DNA of 64,000 nucleotides from an uncultured Actinomycetes bacterium (GTDB lineage: Bacteria > Actinomycetota > Thermoleophilia > Gaiellales > JAICJC01): positions 96,219 to 160,218 of the forward strand of contig CAWCPM010000008.1 of the NCBI GenBank assembly GCA_963797565.1, read 5' to 3'. How positions within the stretch are numbered: the first letter of the stretch is position 1; each line of letters starts with the position of its first letter. Of this stretch, positions 7,857 to 18,470 are shown piece after piece. A program made the translations under genes and the position numbers. The notes beneath the pieces are model-generated. The model was given only the letters and a program-made list of their open reading frames with translations. It was not told the origin of the DNA and ran no database searches.

Positions 7857-9434
7857 ATGGCGGACGACGAGCAGCGGCGCACCGACTCCGGTATCCCCGT
7901 GCGTCCGTTCTACTCGGACGCCGACGGCGCCGACCGCCCCGACCCCGGCAGCTACCCGTACACGCGTGGCGTGCGCAGGGATGGCTACCGGCAGCGTGCC
8001 TGGACGATGCGCCAGTACGCCGGCTTCTCCTCTGCCGAGGAGACCAACACCCGCTTCCGGCTGCTGCTGGACCGGGGGCAGACCGGTCTGTCGGTGGCCT
8101 TCGACCTGCCCACCCAGCTGGGCCTCGACTCCGACCACCCGCTCGCTCGCGGCGAGGTCGGTCGCACCGGTGTCGCGATCGACTCGATCGAGGACATGCG
8201 GCTGCTGATGGCCGGGATCCCGCTCGGCGACGTCTCGACGTCGATGACCATCAACGCGCCCGGCTCGCTGCTTCTGCTGCTCTACGAGCTGGTGGCCGAG
8301 GAGCAGGGCGTCGCCTCGGAGCGGCTGTCCGGCACGATCCAGAACGACATCCTGAAGGAGTACATCGCCCGGGGCAACTACATCTTCCCGGCCCGGCCCA
8401 GCATGCGGCTGACCGTGGACACCTTCCGTTACTGCACTGAGCGGCTGCCGCGCTGGAACACGATCTCGATCTCGGGCTACCACATCCGGGAGGCGGGCTC
8501 GACGGCCGCCCAGGAGCTGGCCTTCACCATCGCCAACGGCATCGCCTACGTGCAGGCGGCGGTGGACGCGGGCCTCGAGGTGGATGCGTTCGCGCAGCGC
8601 CTGTCCTTCTTCTTCAACGCGCACAACGACTTCTTCCAGGAGGTCGCCAAGTTCCGCGCCGCCCGCATGCTGTGGGCCGAGCTGATGCGCGAGCGCTTCG
8701 GAGCCGGGGATGAGCGCAGCCTGATGCTGCGCTTCCACGCCCAGACCGGTGGCTCCACCCTGACCGCGCAGCAGCCCGAGAACAACATCGTACGGGTTGC
8801 GATCCAGGCCTTCTCGGCGGTCTGCGGAGGCGGCCAGAGCCTGCACACGAACGGGTTCGACGAGGCGCTGGCGCTGCCCACCGAGCGCAGCGCAACGATC
8901 GCGCTGCGCACGCAGCAGATCCTGGCAACCGAGGCCGGCGGCACGAGCACCGCCGATCCACTGGGCGGCAGCTACTACATCGAGGCGCTGACCACCGCGC
9001 TGGCCGATCAGGCGCGTGAGCTGATCGCGGAGATCGACCGGATGGGCGGCGCGGTCGCGGCCGTCGAGCAGGGCTGGGTGCAGGATCAGATCGAGCAGGC
9101 CGCGTTCGCCCACCACCGCCGCGTGCAGTCCGGCGAGGAGGTGATCGTCGGCGTCAACCGGTACACCGAGGGCAGCGGCGAGCAGATCGAGCTGCACACG
9201 ATCGACCCCGAGGCGGAGCGGCGGCAGGTCGAACGCACCCAGGCGTTGCGGGCGCGGCGTGACGCCGGTTCGGTCGAGCAGGCTCTGGCCGAGGTCGGCC
9301 GCGCAGCCGCCGGCGAGGACAACCTGCTGCCGCCGATGCGAGACGCGTTGCGCGTCGAGGCAACGGTGGGCGAGGTGTGCGAGGTGCTTCGCGGTTCCTG
9401 GGGCACGTACGACGCCCACGGGGCGCGCGGATGA
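7857..9434 (+). CDS. Methylmalonyl-CoA mutase family, catalytic (large, N-terminal) subunit without B12-binding domain
   Basis: 525 aa. YPYTRGV...WTMRQYAGFSSAEETNTRFR.LLDRGQTGLSVAFDLPTQLG.DSD and TINAPG motifs are present. The protein ends before the cobalamin-binding domain. Confidence 0.85.
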   Translation: MADDEQRRTDSGIPVRPFYSDADGADRPDPGSYPYTRGVRRDGYRQRAWTMRQYAGFSSAEETNTRFRLLLDRGQTGLSVAFDLPTQLGLDSDHPLARGEVGRTGVAIDSIEDMRLLMAGIPLGDVSTSMTINAPGSLLLLLYELVAEEQGVASERLSGTIQNDILKEYIARGNYIFPARPSMRLTVDTFRYCTERLPRWNTISISGYHIREAGSTAAQELAFTIANGIAYVQAAVDAGLEVDAFAQRLSFFFNAHNDFFQEVAKFRAARMLWAELMRERFGAGDERSLMLRFHAQTGGSTLTAQQPENNIVRVAIQAFSAVCGGGQSLHTNGFDEALALPTERSATIALRTQQILATEAGGTSTADPLGGSYYIEALTTALADQARELIAEIDRMGGAVAAVEQGWVQDQIEQAAFAHHRRVQSGEEVIVGVNRYTEGSGEQIELHTIDPEAERRQVERTQALRARRDAGSVEQALAEVGRAAAGEDNLLPPMRDALRVEATVGEVCEVLRGSWGTYDAHGARG

Positions 9435-9483
9435 GCGCTCCCCGCGGCGCCGCGGACGGCGCCTTCTTGGTACCTTGACCGCG

Positions 9484-10425
9484 ATGGACGACCAGCGCTT
9501 CGCCTTCATGCTCGGCACCGGCCGCTGCGGCTCGACGATCGTCGGCCAGGTGGTCGCGATGCACGATCAGGTCGGGTTCATCGCGAACGTGGACGACCGG
9601 TTCGCCGGCCTCAACCGCAAGGGCCGGATGAACAACCGAATCTACCGCGCCCTGCCGGCGCCGCTGCAGAAGCAGGGCGGCCGTCGCGGCGGCGCCTCCA
9701 GCGGCCGCCTGGCCTCCGGCGTGCGGAGCGTCGCCATGACGCCGTCCGAGGGCTACCGGCTGCTCGACCGGCACGTCTCGCCGATGCTGTCGGCGCCGGT
9801 GCGCGACCTGGTCGCCGAGGACGCATCGGAGTGGCTTTCGAGGCGGCTGCGGACGTTCTTCGAGCGCCGCGCGGCGGCGCAGGGACGGCCGCTGTTCCTG
9901 CACAAGTTCACCGGCTGGCCGCGCGCCGGCCTGCTGCATGCTGTGTTCCCCGAGGCACGGTTCGTTCACGTCGTCCGCGACGGCCGCGCGGTGGCCTGCT
10001 CGCTCGTCCAGCAGCCCTGGTGGGACGGGTTCAGAGGCCCCGGTGGCTGGAGCTTCGGCCCGCTATCGGACTCAGACGACGCGCTCTGGCATGAGTCGGG
10101 CCGGTCGTTCACGGTGCTGGCCGGCCTCGAGTGGAAGCTGCTTATGCAGGCGTTCGCCGAGGCCCAGGCGCTGATGCCGGCCGAGAGCTGGCTGGAGCTG
10201 CGCTACGAGGACGTCGTCGAGCGCCCCCGCGAGCAGGTGCAGCGGCTGCTCGAACACCTCGGCCTGGAGTGGACGCCGGGCTTCGAGCGGTCGTTTGCCG
10301 CCCTCGAGTTCGCTCCCGACCGGGCCGGCGCCTACCGGGACGAGCTCTCGGCGCGCGACGTCGAGATGCTCGACCGGGCGCTGGCGCCGGCGCTGCACGA
10401 TCACGGATACAGCGCCGGCGAGTGA
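9484..10425 (+). CDS. Sulfotransferase family protein
   Basis: Internal Met (residue 76) of track ORF 9259..10425. MDDQRFAFMLGTGRCGSTIV is a PAPS 5-prime-phosphosulfate-binding loop. The C-terminal RYEDVVERPREQVQRLLEHLGLEW is typical of this family. Confidence 0.75.
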   Translation: MDDQRFAFMLGTGRCGSTIVGQVVAMHDQVGFIANVDDRFAGLNRKGRMNNRIYRALPAPLQKQGGRRGGASSGRLASGVRSVAMTPSEGYRLLDRHVSPMLSAPVRDLVAEDASEWLSRRLRTFFERRAAAQGRPLFLHKFTGWPRAGLLHAVFPEARFVHVVRDGRAVACSLVQQPWWDGFRGPGGWSFGPLSDSDDALWHESGRSFTVLAGLEWKLLMQAFAEAQALMPAESWLELRYEDVVERPREQVQRLLEHLGLEWTPGFERSFAALEFAPDRAGAYRDELSARDVEMLDRALAPALHDHGYSAGE

Positions 10426-12377
10426 CCCAGGAGGCAGCGACCGGCCGGCTCCAGAACCTGTCCCTGGCCGGGCCGGCCGGCCTGCTGCTGGCGCTGGTGC
10501 CGGTGGCCGCGGCGCTGCGCCTGACCGCCAACGGCGGCGGATACACCATCGACGAGTGGGGGATCTGGGGCGCCGCCACGGTGATCGCGGCAGGTGTGGC
10601 GCTGGTCAGCCAGCCCGTCACCCGGCTCTCGGGCGTGCAGCGCGTGCTGCCGCTGTCGTTGCTCGGTCTGGCGCTCTGGAGCTACGCCTCGATCCACTGG
10701 GCGGCGTGGCCGCAGAGCGCCCTCGTCGAGGCCAACCGCTACCTGGTCTACGCGGCCGCCGTGACGCTGGTGCTGGTGGCGCTGCCGGGCCAGCGCTGGC
10801 GGCGGCTGCTCGTGGCCTTCGTCGCGGCCTGCACCGTGCTGCCCGCCTTGCAGGTGGCGTTACAGCTGTGGCACTCGCCGAACGCGCTGGCCCGCTTCGA
10901 GGGCGGCCGGCTGGTGGCCGGCGTCGGCTACGGCGGCGGCCTGGCGGCGGCGGTTGCGATCGGGTTCTGGCCGCTGGTCGCATTCGCCTCCGACCGCTCG
11001 ACGCCGCGGCCGATGCGCCCGTTCGCCGCGGCCGGCGCCGGCCTGGTGCTGGCCACCGTCGTCCCGACGGAGGCGCGTGCCTCGGTGTGGGCGCTGGTGC
11101 TGTCGGCGATCGTGTTCTTCGCGCTGTGCCCGTCTCCGATCCGCAGCGGGTCGATCGCCGCCGGGGCGCTGCTGCCGACGCTGGGGCTATGGCACCACCT
11201 GAACGGCGTGTTCGCGTCCTCCGGCGTCTCCCAGGCGCACACCGTGGGCGTGTCGATCATGCTGGTGGGCCTGGTCGCGGGCACCGTCGGCCTGGCACAG
11301 GTGGTGCTGGACGAGCTGGTGACGCTGCCGCCGGTGGCGCGCCGTGCGGTGGCCATCGCCGCGCTCGTGTGGCTGGTGCTGGTGCTCGCACTGGGCAGCG
11401 TGGCGGCCTTCGCCGTCACCGACGGGCACCCCGTCGCGTGGGCGCGGCACACGCTCCAGCGGACAGTCGACAGGGTGGGCACCGAGGGCGGGCAGGCTGC
11501 CGGCGCCGGCCAGGCCGGCAGCCGCTTCGGGTCGCTGGACACCGGTCGCTACGACCTCTGGAAGGTGGCCGCGCGAGGGTTCCGCGAGCGTCCGGCTGAG
11601 GGCTTCGGCGCGGGCAACTTCGGCTACCTGAACGTGCTGATCGGCCGGCCCTTCCTGTTCCCCTACCAGGCTCACAGCCAGCTGCTCGAGGTGGCGGCGA
11701 CGCTCGGATTCCCGGGGCTGGCGCTGTACCTGGCGGCGCTGCTTCTGCCGATCGGCGCCTGTATCTGGCTGCGCGCCTCGCGCACCCAACCGAAGACCGA
11801 CCAGCTGCTGGCCGCCGGCATCGGCGGTGCGCTCGGCTACTTCGCCGTGCATGCCCAGGTCGACTGGATCTGGCAGCTGTCCTCCTGCGCCCTGCCGGCG
11901 CTGCTGCTCGCCGCGACGGCTGTGGCGATGCTGCCTCCCGGCCGGGAGCGGCCGCGGTCGCTGGTGACCGGCGGCGCAGCCCTGCTGGCGTCGGTGCTGG
12001 CGGCCGCCGTCCTGATCGTTCCGGCCACCCTCGCTCAGACCTACCTGGACCGCTCCTACGACGAGCCGGCCGCAGCCGCCCTCAGCGACGCGCACCGTGC
12101 CGGGCGGCTCGACCGGCTCTCCGGCCGCCCCGACCTGGCCGCCGCCCGCGCGCTGCTTCGCACCGGCGACACCGCGGGCGCGCTGGCGGCCGCCCGCCGC
12201 GCGGCGGGCGCCGAGCCGAAGTTCTGGGTGGCCTGGCAGATGCTGGCCGAGACGGCGGCGCGTGAGGCGCAGCAGAGGTCGGCACTGGCGGCGCGTGCAC
12301 GGGTGCGGCTGCTCGCTCCGCGGCTGCCGCTCGAGCTCCGGGCCGAGGTGCCGGGGCCGAGCTTCGACCATTATTGA
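10422..12377 (+). CDS. O-antigen ligase/polymerase-family membrane protein with C-terminal TPR-like tail
   Basis: The GTG start overlaps the sulfotransferase stop (GTGA). The protein is multi-TM with a Wzy_C-like loop (GRYDLWKVAARGFRERPAEGFGAGNFGY...YQAHSQLLEVAATLGFPGLALYL). It has an Ala/Arg-rich helical repeat tail. Confidence 0.7.
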   Translation: MTQEAATGRLQNLSLAGPAGLLLALVPVAAALRLTANGGGYTIDEWGIWGAATVIAAGVALVSQPVTRLSGVQRVLPLSLLGLALWSYASIHWAAWPQSALVEANRYLVYAAAVTLVLVALPGQRWRRLLVAFVAACTVLPALQVALQLWHSPNALARFEGGRLVAGVGYGGGLAAAVAIGFWPLVAFASDRSTPRPMRPFAAAGAGLVLATVVPTEARASVWALVLSAIVFFALCPSPIRSGSIAAGALLPTLGLWHHLNGVFASSGVSQAHTVGVSIMLVGLVAGTVGLAQVVLDELVTLPPVARRAVAIAALVWLVLVLALGSVAAFAVTDGHPVAWARHTLQRTVDRVGTEGGQAAGAGQAGSRFGSLDTGRYDLWKVAARGFRERPAEGFGAGNFGYLNVLIGRPFLFPYQAHSQLLEVAATLGFPGLALYLAALLLPIGACIWLRASRTQPKTDQLLAAGIGGALGYFAVHAQVDWIWQLSSCALPALLLAATAVAMLPPGRERPRSLVTGGAALLASVLAAAVLIVPATLAQTYLDRSYDEPAAAALSDAHRAGRLDRLSGRPDLAAARALLRTGDTAGALAAARRAAGAEPKFWVAWQMLAETAAREAQQRSALAARARVRLLAPRLPLELRAEVPGPSFDHY

Positions 12378-12395
12378 CGCGTGTAGCCTTCATGG

Positions 12396-13612
12396 GTGGG
12401 CCGTTTGACGTGTCTTGTGCTGCTCGCAGCCGCGCTGCTGCTGACGTCGTGCAGCGGATCGTCCGGCGCCGGCTCCGGCTCGGTGCCCGCTTCGACCGTG
12501 ATCGACACGTCGCCTTTTGTGACAACATCGGGTGATCAGTTCGTCGGCCGGGACGGACAGCCCGTGCAGCTGCGCGGGTTCGACATCCACACCATCGACC
12601 CCGCCGTGTACCAGGAGGCTGTCACCCTCGGTGCCAACTTCATCCGCGTGACCACCCCCTGGAGCGACTACGAGACGGTGCCGCCAACCGGCGACGTGCA
12701 CCACTGGGATAGGCACGCCTGGCACAGCTGGACCAGCTGGTGTCGTTCTGCAACGAGCACCACATCAACCTTTTGCTCGACTTCCACCAGTACGGCTGGT
12801 CGCCGTACTTCGCAGCCGTGCAGCGCGGCGGCCGCGCCAACGGCATCCCGGCCTGGTTCTACGAGAACGGCCGCTACCCCGCGACCCTGCGCGGCCTGAA
12901 CCAGGCAAAGGAGCAGTTCTTCACCGACCCCGAGGGGGCTGCGCTCTACGGCGACTTCGCGGCCATGATGGCCGAGCGCTACCGGCACTCGCCCAGCGTG
13001 ATGGGCTACGAGATCATGAACGAGCCAGACACCGGCGCGCTGCCCCGCGACCATGCCACGACGCAGCTGGTGGTGCGCTGGGAGGCGCAGGTGCTGGGCC
13101 GGTTGCAGGCGGTTGACGACACCCGCACGACGGTCTTCATGCTGCGCGGCGGCCCCAGCATGGGCGCCCTGCACGCCAACCTGGCCGACTTCGGCCCGCT
13201 CGACCATCTTGCGCTCGACGTCCACGACTACTTCGCCGGCACCGGCGGCAGCGGCTACAAGCCGAACGGCGAGAACGTCAGCTCCCAGTACACCTCGACC
13301 CTGCAGGGAGCGCCGTACACCGGCACCGTCGCCAGCCAGGCCGCCTACCTGGACGTGGGCGTGCGGGCAGCCCGCCGCTTCGGGGTGCCGCTGATGGTGG
13401 GCGAGTGGGGCGCGTTCCGGACGATGCCCGGCATCGAGGTCTACCAGTCGCAGATGGTCAGATTGCTCGACTCGATGGGCATCAGCTGGGCGCGCTGGAG
13501 CCTCGACCGCGCCGAGGAGCTGAGCGTGTTCAACCGCGACGGCTCGCTGACCCCGGCGGCGACCCAGCTTCAGCAGCTGCTGCACTCCCCGCCGGTGACC
13601 ACGTCCCCCTGA
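12396..13612 (+). pseudogene. Glycoside hydrolase family 5 lipoprotein, needs one frame correction near 12711
   Basis: Lipobox LLLTSC. The N-terminal frame (12396..) runs to ...GDVHHWD. The sequence then continues in the frame of ORF 12740..13612 (ARLAQLDQLVSFCNEHHINLLLDFHQ). The catalytic IMNEP acid/base and GEWG nucleophile are present. Confidence 0.75.
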
Positions 13613-13613
13613 C

Positions 13614-15200
13614 CTAGCTGGCGCCGCGCGTGCGGCCCATCAGGGCCGGGATGGTGCGGGCGACCAGCTTGATGTCGCCCCAAAGCGTCCAGTTGGTGAC
13701 GTACAGGTAGTCCAGCACGAGCATCTCCGAGAACGGGATCTCGCTGCGCCCGAACACCTGCCAGAGGCCGGTCAGCCCCGGGGTCAGGTCGAGCCGGCGC
13801 AGGCCCCAGTCGTTCACGTACTGGTGCTCGTGCGGGATCAGCGGCCGCGGGCCGACCAGGCTCATCTGCCCGCGCAGCACGTTCCAGAGCTGCGGCAGCT
13901 CGTCCATCGAGTACCTGCGAAGCGCCTTGCCGACCGAGGTGATGCGCGGGTCGTCGGGGATCTTGAACATGCGCGCGTCCGTGGACAGGTGCGCGTTCAG
14001 GTGGGCCACCTCGGACTTGCGGTCCTCGGCGTCGGCCACCATCGTGCGGAACTTGAGGATCGTGAACGGCTGCTGGCCGCGGCCGATCCGCTCCTGGCGG
14101 AACAGCACCGGCCCCTTGCTGTTGAGCTTGATCGAGATCGCCACCACCGCCAGCAGCGGGGACAGCACGATCAGGCCGAACGTCGCTCCCAGGATGTCGA
14201 TCGCGCGCTTGGCGATGCGGTGGCTGGTCGAGAGCACGGGTGGGCTGAGGCCGAGCAGCGGCGTGCCCTGCAGCGAGTGGAACTGCGCCTTGCTTCCGAC
14301 CACCTCGAACAGGCGCGGGACGATGTCCAGCTCGACGTCGAGGTCGTTGCAGGCGCGCACCACGTCCAGCCCGGCGTCATGGCCGTCGCCGGTGAAGGCC
14401 AGCATCACGTGCTCGATGCCGTGGGCCCGCACGATCACGCTGAGATCGTCGGTCGTGCCCAGCACCGGTATGTCGGCCAGCTCCGGGTGCAGGGGCAGCG
14501 GGTCGTTGTCGACGAAGCCCGCCAGCTCGAGGCCGTAGCTGGGGTTGCGCTGGATCTTGCGCGCGATCTCCTGCCCGACAAGGCCCGCGCCCACGATCAG
14601 CGTGCGCTGCAGGAAGGCCACGCGCGAGCGGATGAAGACACGCATGATCACGCGGCCCAGGGGCAGGATCGCCAGGGCGAGGAACCAGAACAGGATCAGG
14701 CGCCGCTCGCTGGCGTGCACGTGGTTGGTCAGGCGGCTGGCCACGAACGTCAGCCACACGCCCACCGTGACCGCGTGGAACAGCGGCCAGAAGTCGTCGA
14801 GGGTGGTCGTGTCGGCCCGCAGCCGGTCGCCCTCGTAGAGGCCGTAGAGGCCGGCCAGGGCAAGCCAGCAGGGCACCGACAGCAGAAACAGAATCAACTC
14901 CTGGCCGGAGGTGAAGCCCTGCTTTGTCGAGGTGCCCAAGATCATGTGCACGATCGCGAACGTGAACCCGAGCGACCAGACATCCGCCACGATCAACGCG
15001 CGGCGTACCAGCGTGCGCCTCGCATGCCGGTCTGTGGTGCCTCTCACGTGTCCAGGTGCCCGTGCTTCGACGATGCTTTCGACCTCGCCCACCGGTTCTA
15101 CAGAGGTGTACTCTTCGGCCTCTGCGTCGACGGCTGTTCGGCGATCATCGCGCCTCTGTTCATTCACAGCCAGTGCCCTCTCCTTCCCACTGCCTCGCAT
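13614..15200 (-). CDS. Polyprenyl-phosphate hexose-1-phosphate transferase (WbaP/CpsE-type priming glycosyltransferase)
   Basis: Multi-TM N-terminus plus a bacterial sugar-transferase domain: ILKFRTM...MFKIPDDPRIT..G..LRRYSMDELPQLWNVLRGQMSLVGPRP. Confidence 0.85.
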   Translation of the reverse strand: MRGSGKERALAVNEQRRDDRRTAVDAEAEEYTSVEPVGEVESIVEARAPGHVRGTTDRHARRTLVRRALIVADVWSLGFTFAIVHMILGTSTKQGFTSGQELILFLLSVPCWLALAGLYGLYEGDRLRADTTTLDDFWPLFHAVTVGVWLTFVASRLTNHVHASERRLILFWFLALAILPLGRVIMRVFIRSRVAFLQRTLIVGAGLVGQEIARKIQRNPSYGLELAGFVDNDPLPLHPELADIPVLGTTDDLSVIVRAHGIEHVMLAFTGDGHDAGLDVVRACNDLDVELDIVPRLFEVVGSKAQFHSLQGTPLLGLSPPVLSTSHRIAKRAIDILGATFGLIVLSPLLAVVAISIKLNSKGPVLFRQERIGRGQQPFTILKFRTMVADAEDRKSEVAHLNAHLSTDARMFKIPDDPRITSVGKALRRYSMDELPQLWNVLRGQMSLVGPRPLIPHEHQYVNDWGLRRLDLTPGLTGLWQVFGRSEIPFSEMLVLDYLYVTNWTLWGDIKLVARTIPALMGRTRGAS

Positions 15201-15404
15201 CCACGACCGTACCCCCCGTTCGGGTAGGCGTCAAGGTGCGCGCGGAGGGGGCCGGCAGCCCGGACGGCGGCACCCCGCATGTGCCGCAGATTGGAGTCGG
15301 GACTTGTAAGACCGAGAGCCCCCGCGTACACTGGCCATAGGGCGTCCGTTCGAGGCGGGCGGGGCGTCTCTGTCCTTCCAAGGCACGAGGAGCGTGGGTA
15401 GAAC

Positions 15405-16839
15405 GTGAAGCCGGAACTGACGTTTCGCCGCTCTCTGCGGCTGATTTCCAAGCGCTGGTGGCTGCTGCTGCTGGGTGGGGTGCTGTTTGCGGCGTTGGCG
15501 TTCGTCGTGGCGGGCCAGAAGAAGGCCCACTACGTCGCCAGCGCCGACCTGGGGATCAACGATGTGACCGCGGTCCCGCGGGCTGACCGCCCTGGCTACG
15601 CGCTGGCGTCGAACAATCCGAAGTACTACGGCGACTGGTCACCGGACGACTTCGTGAGCCCGGCCGCTGCGGGCTGCTGCGTCGAAGAACCTCGGGGGCT
15701 CGCCAACCGGCGACCAGATCGTGGCGAACCTGACGATGACGCCGCTCACCACCAACAGCGTGCGCCTCGACTACGCCGGCGGCTCCAACCCCGACGAGAC
15801 CGTCGCTGTCCTCAAGGCCTACACCACGGCGCTCCTGAACCAGCGGGTGAAGCGAGAGGCAGGCTGCGATCCAGGCCGTGATCAACCAGCTTCAGCTGGT
15901 CACGCCGCAGACTCGCGCGTCTCATCGCCAATGAGGGGGCGTTGCCAAAGGGCCTGCAGCAGCTGCATGGCAACTTCACCAGCACCTTCGATTCGGGTGC
16001 AACGGCGGTTCAAGCTGCAGAAGATCGCCGCCGGCGGCCCGCCGACCATCCTCGCCGTGATCGGCGGGTTCCTTGCCGGAGTCGCGTTCTTCGCCCTGGT
16101 GGCGCTGATCATGGGCCGCCTGGACAGTCGCGTCCGCCGCCCCGAGGACATCGAGGTCGTGGGCGTCCCGGTCGTGGACATCCACTCCCAGGTCGATCAG
16201 GCCTCCGTCCAGCTGCTGCGCTCCGAGCTGGAGCTGTCCGGCATGGGTACGCGCCTGTCGGTGATCGCCGTCACCCGCGCCACGCGCAGCGAGGGCGCGA
16301 GCGGCCTGGCGCTGGCGCTGGCGCGCACGTTTGCCGGCGTTGGCACCGCCACGATCCTGGTCAGCGCCGACCTGCGCGGGCGCACGGTGCGCGAGCAGGA
16401 GGGCCTGTCCGCCCTGCTCGACGGAACCGCCACATCCATGCCGCTGATCGGGCTCGAGGAGAACCTGATGTGGCTGCCCGAGGGCACCAGCAACGCGCTG
16501 CCCGAGACGCTGTTCTCGGCGCCGCGGGTCGAGCGCATCGTCCGCGATCTGCGTGACGTCGCCGGGGTGGTCGTGATCGACACGCCGGCCGTGCTCGAGG
16601 ACTCCGAGGCGCTGCCGCTGATCGCGTGCTCGGACATCGTGCTGCTCACGGTGCGCCCGGGCGCGACCCGCTGGAACCCGCTGGGCTCGGCCGTGTCGCT
16701 GATCCAGCGCGTCGCCAAGCGGCCGCTGCACATCTGCTACGACCGCGCGCCGACCAGCAGCTCGGTGCCGGCGGCGGGCGAGCTCAAGCTCGAGCCGGCC
16801 GAGCGCGTGCACCAGGTCATCGAGGTACCGGCCAGCTGA
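15405..16839 (+). pseudogene. Wzz / BY-kinase-like polysaccharide co-polymerase, multiply frameshifted and with degenerate Walker A
   Basis: A sensible protein is only obtained by switching frame at about 15673, 15853, 15915 and 16005. The pieces are AASKNLGGSPTGDQIVANL, SERQAAIQAVINQLQLVTPQ, LIANEGALPKGLQQLHGNFTSTFDSG and FKLQKIAAGGPPTILAVIGG. The C-terminal P-loop-like domain has VTRATRSEGASG (no Lys) and VVVIDTPA. Confidence 0.6.
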
Positions 16840-18468
16840 TGACCCGGCTCCTGGTGGTCGGGCTCGACGGCGGGACCGACTCCGTCATCGGGCTTCCCGA
16901 CGCGGACCTACCGAACATCGCCGAGGTGCGCGAGCAGGGCGCCTCCGGCACGCTGATCTCGACCGTCCCGCCGATCACGGCCGCCGCCTGGCCGTCGATG
17001 ATGACCGGCTGGAACCCCGGCCGGCACGGCATGTTCGACTTCCGCACGCTCGGCATCGAGCGCTACAGCCGGCTGTGGGGCGCCGGCCACTCGTCATCGT
17101 TCGAGGAAGGCCGCGACTTCGTCACGTCGCGGCGGTGGTCGGGCGCCGCCTTCTGGGACCAGGCCGAGGCGCCGGTCGCGATCCTGTCGGTGCCCATGAC
17201 CTTTCCCGCCTGGGAGGTGGACGGCCGCATGGTGGCGGGCTTCCCGCTGCCCGACTACGACCGCAACCACACCCAGCCGCCGGAGCTGGCGGAGCGAGCT
17301 GCCGCCGCTGCTGGACTTCGCCGACCGCATCGGCAAGCTGTCAGACGGCGAGCTGGCCGACCGCTGCCTGGCCCTGATCGAGCAGCAGCGCGAGATCGTG
17401 ATGCGCTGGCTGCGCGAGGGCCGGCACGAGGTGATGGTGGTCGTGTTCCAGAGCACCGATTTCGCCCAGCACCGGCTCTGGAAGTACCTCGACCAGCCCG
17501 GCCACCCGCTGCGGGAGGCGCTGCTCGAGATGTACCGCTGGATCGACGCGATGGTGGGCGAGGCCCGTGAGCTGATGGGCGAGGAGGGCGCGGTCGCGGT
17601 CGTCTCCGATCACGGCTTCGGCCCGCACCCGCGCACGTTCGTGCGCACCGACCGGCTGCTGGCCGACGCGGGCCTCCTGTCCGCGGGCGGCGAGGCCGGA
17701 CGCGGAGAGCACGTGACCCGCGCGCTGCGCCGCGCGCCGGCTCTGCGGCGAGTGCTGCGGCGCACGCTGGGCCGCCTGCCGGCCGGCGCCCGCGACCGGG
17801 TGGCCGCCCGCGCGACCGGCGCCAGCCGGGTCGACTGGACGCGCAGCCAGGCCTATCGGATCCCGCTCTACCCGCCCGCCGAGGGCATCGTGGTCAACCT
17901 GCGCGGCCGCCAGGAGCAGGGCGCCGTCGAGCCCGGCGCCGAGTACGAGCAGGTGCGCGACCGCATCATCGCAGCGCTCGAGGGCCTGCGCGATCCCGCC
18001 ACCGGCGCGCCGGTGGTGCAGTGGGCGAAGCGGCGCGAGCAGCTGTACTCGGGTGCGCACCTGGACGAGGCACCGGACGTCGTGGCCCTGTTCCACCCCG
18101 CCTACAAGGGGGCCTCGGGGCTGGACGAGCTGTTCGAGCCGGTGCCCCAGCAGATCCTCGACGGCTACTCGGGCGTGCACGCCATGGAGGGGATCTTCGC
18201 CATCGCCGGGCACGGCGTTCCCGCCGGGGTCGACCTCGGCGAGCGCAGCATCGTTGACGTGGCGCCGACGCTGCTGGCGCTGCTCGGCCGGCCGGTGCCG
18301 TCCGACTCGGACGGTGCGGTGATGGCCGAGGCGCTGCGGGATGGGGTGGCCGTCCGTGAGGGCGCCGGCAGCTACCAGGAGCGCGCGGCCGACGACGAGG
18401 CCGCCCTGTCTGCCGAGGAGGAGGCGACCCTGGAGCGGTCGCTCCGCGCCCTCGGCTACCTGGAGTAG
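16839..18468 (+). pseudogene. Type I phosphodiesterase/nucleotide pyrophosphatase (alkaline-phosphatase superfamily), needs one frame correction near 17295
   Basis: MTRLLVVGLDGG...TVPPITAAAWPSMMTGWNPGRHG lies in the frame of ORF 16626... The sequence continues as SELPPLLDFADRIGKL...VVVFQSTDF..HR...VVSDHGFGP in the frame of ORF 17398..18468. The ATG shares its A with the upstream TGA. Confidence 0.7.
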
Positions 18469-18470
18469 CC

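Noticed and set aside
7665-9518. 617-aa minus-strand ORF
   Set aside because: It lies antisense to the mutase catalytic subunit and has no recognisable motifs.
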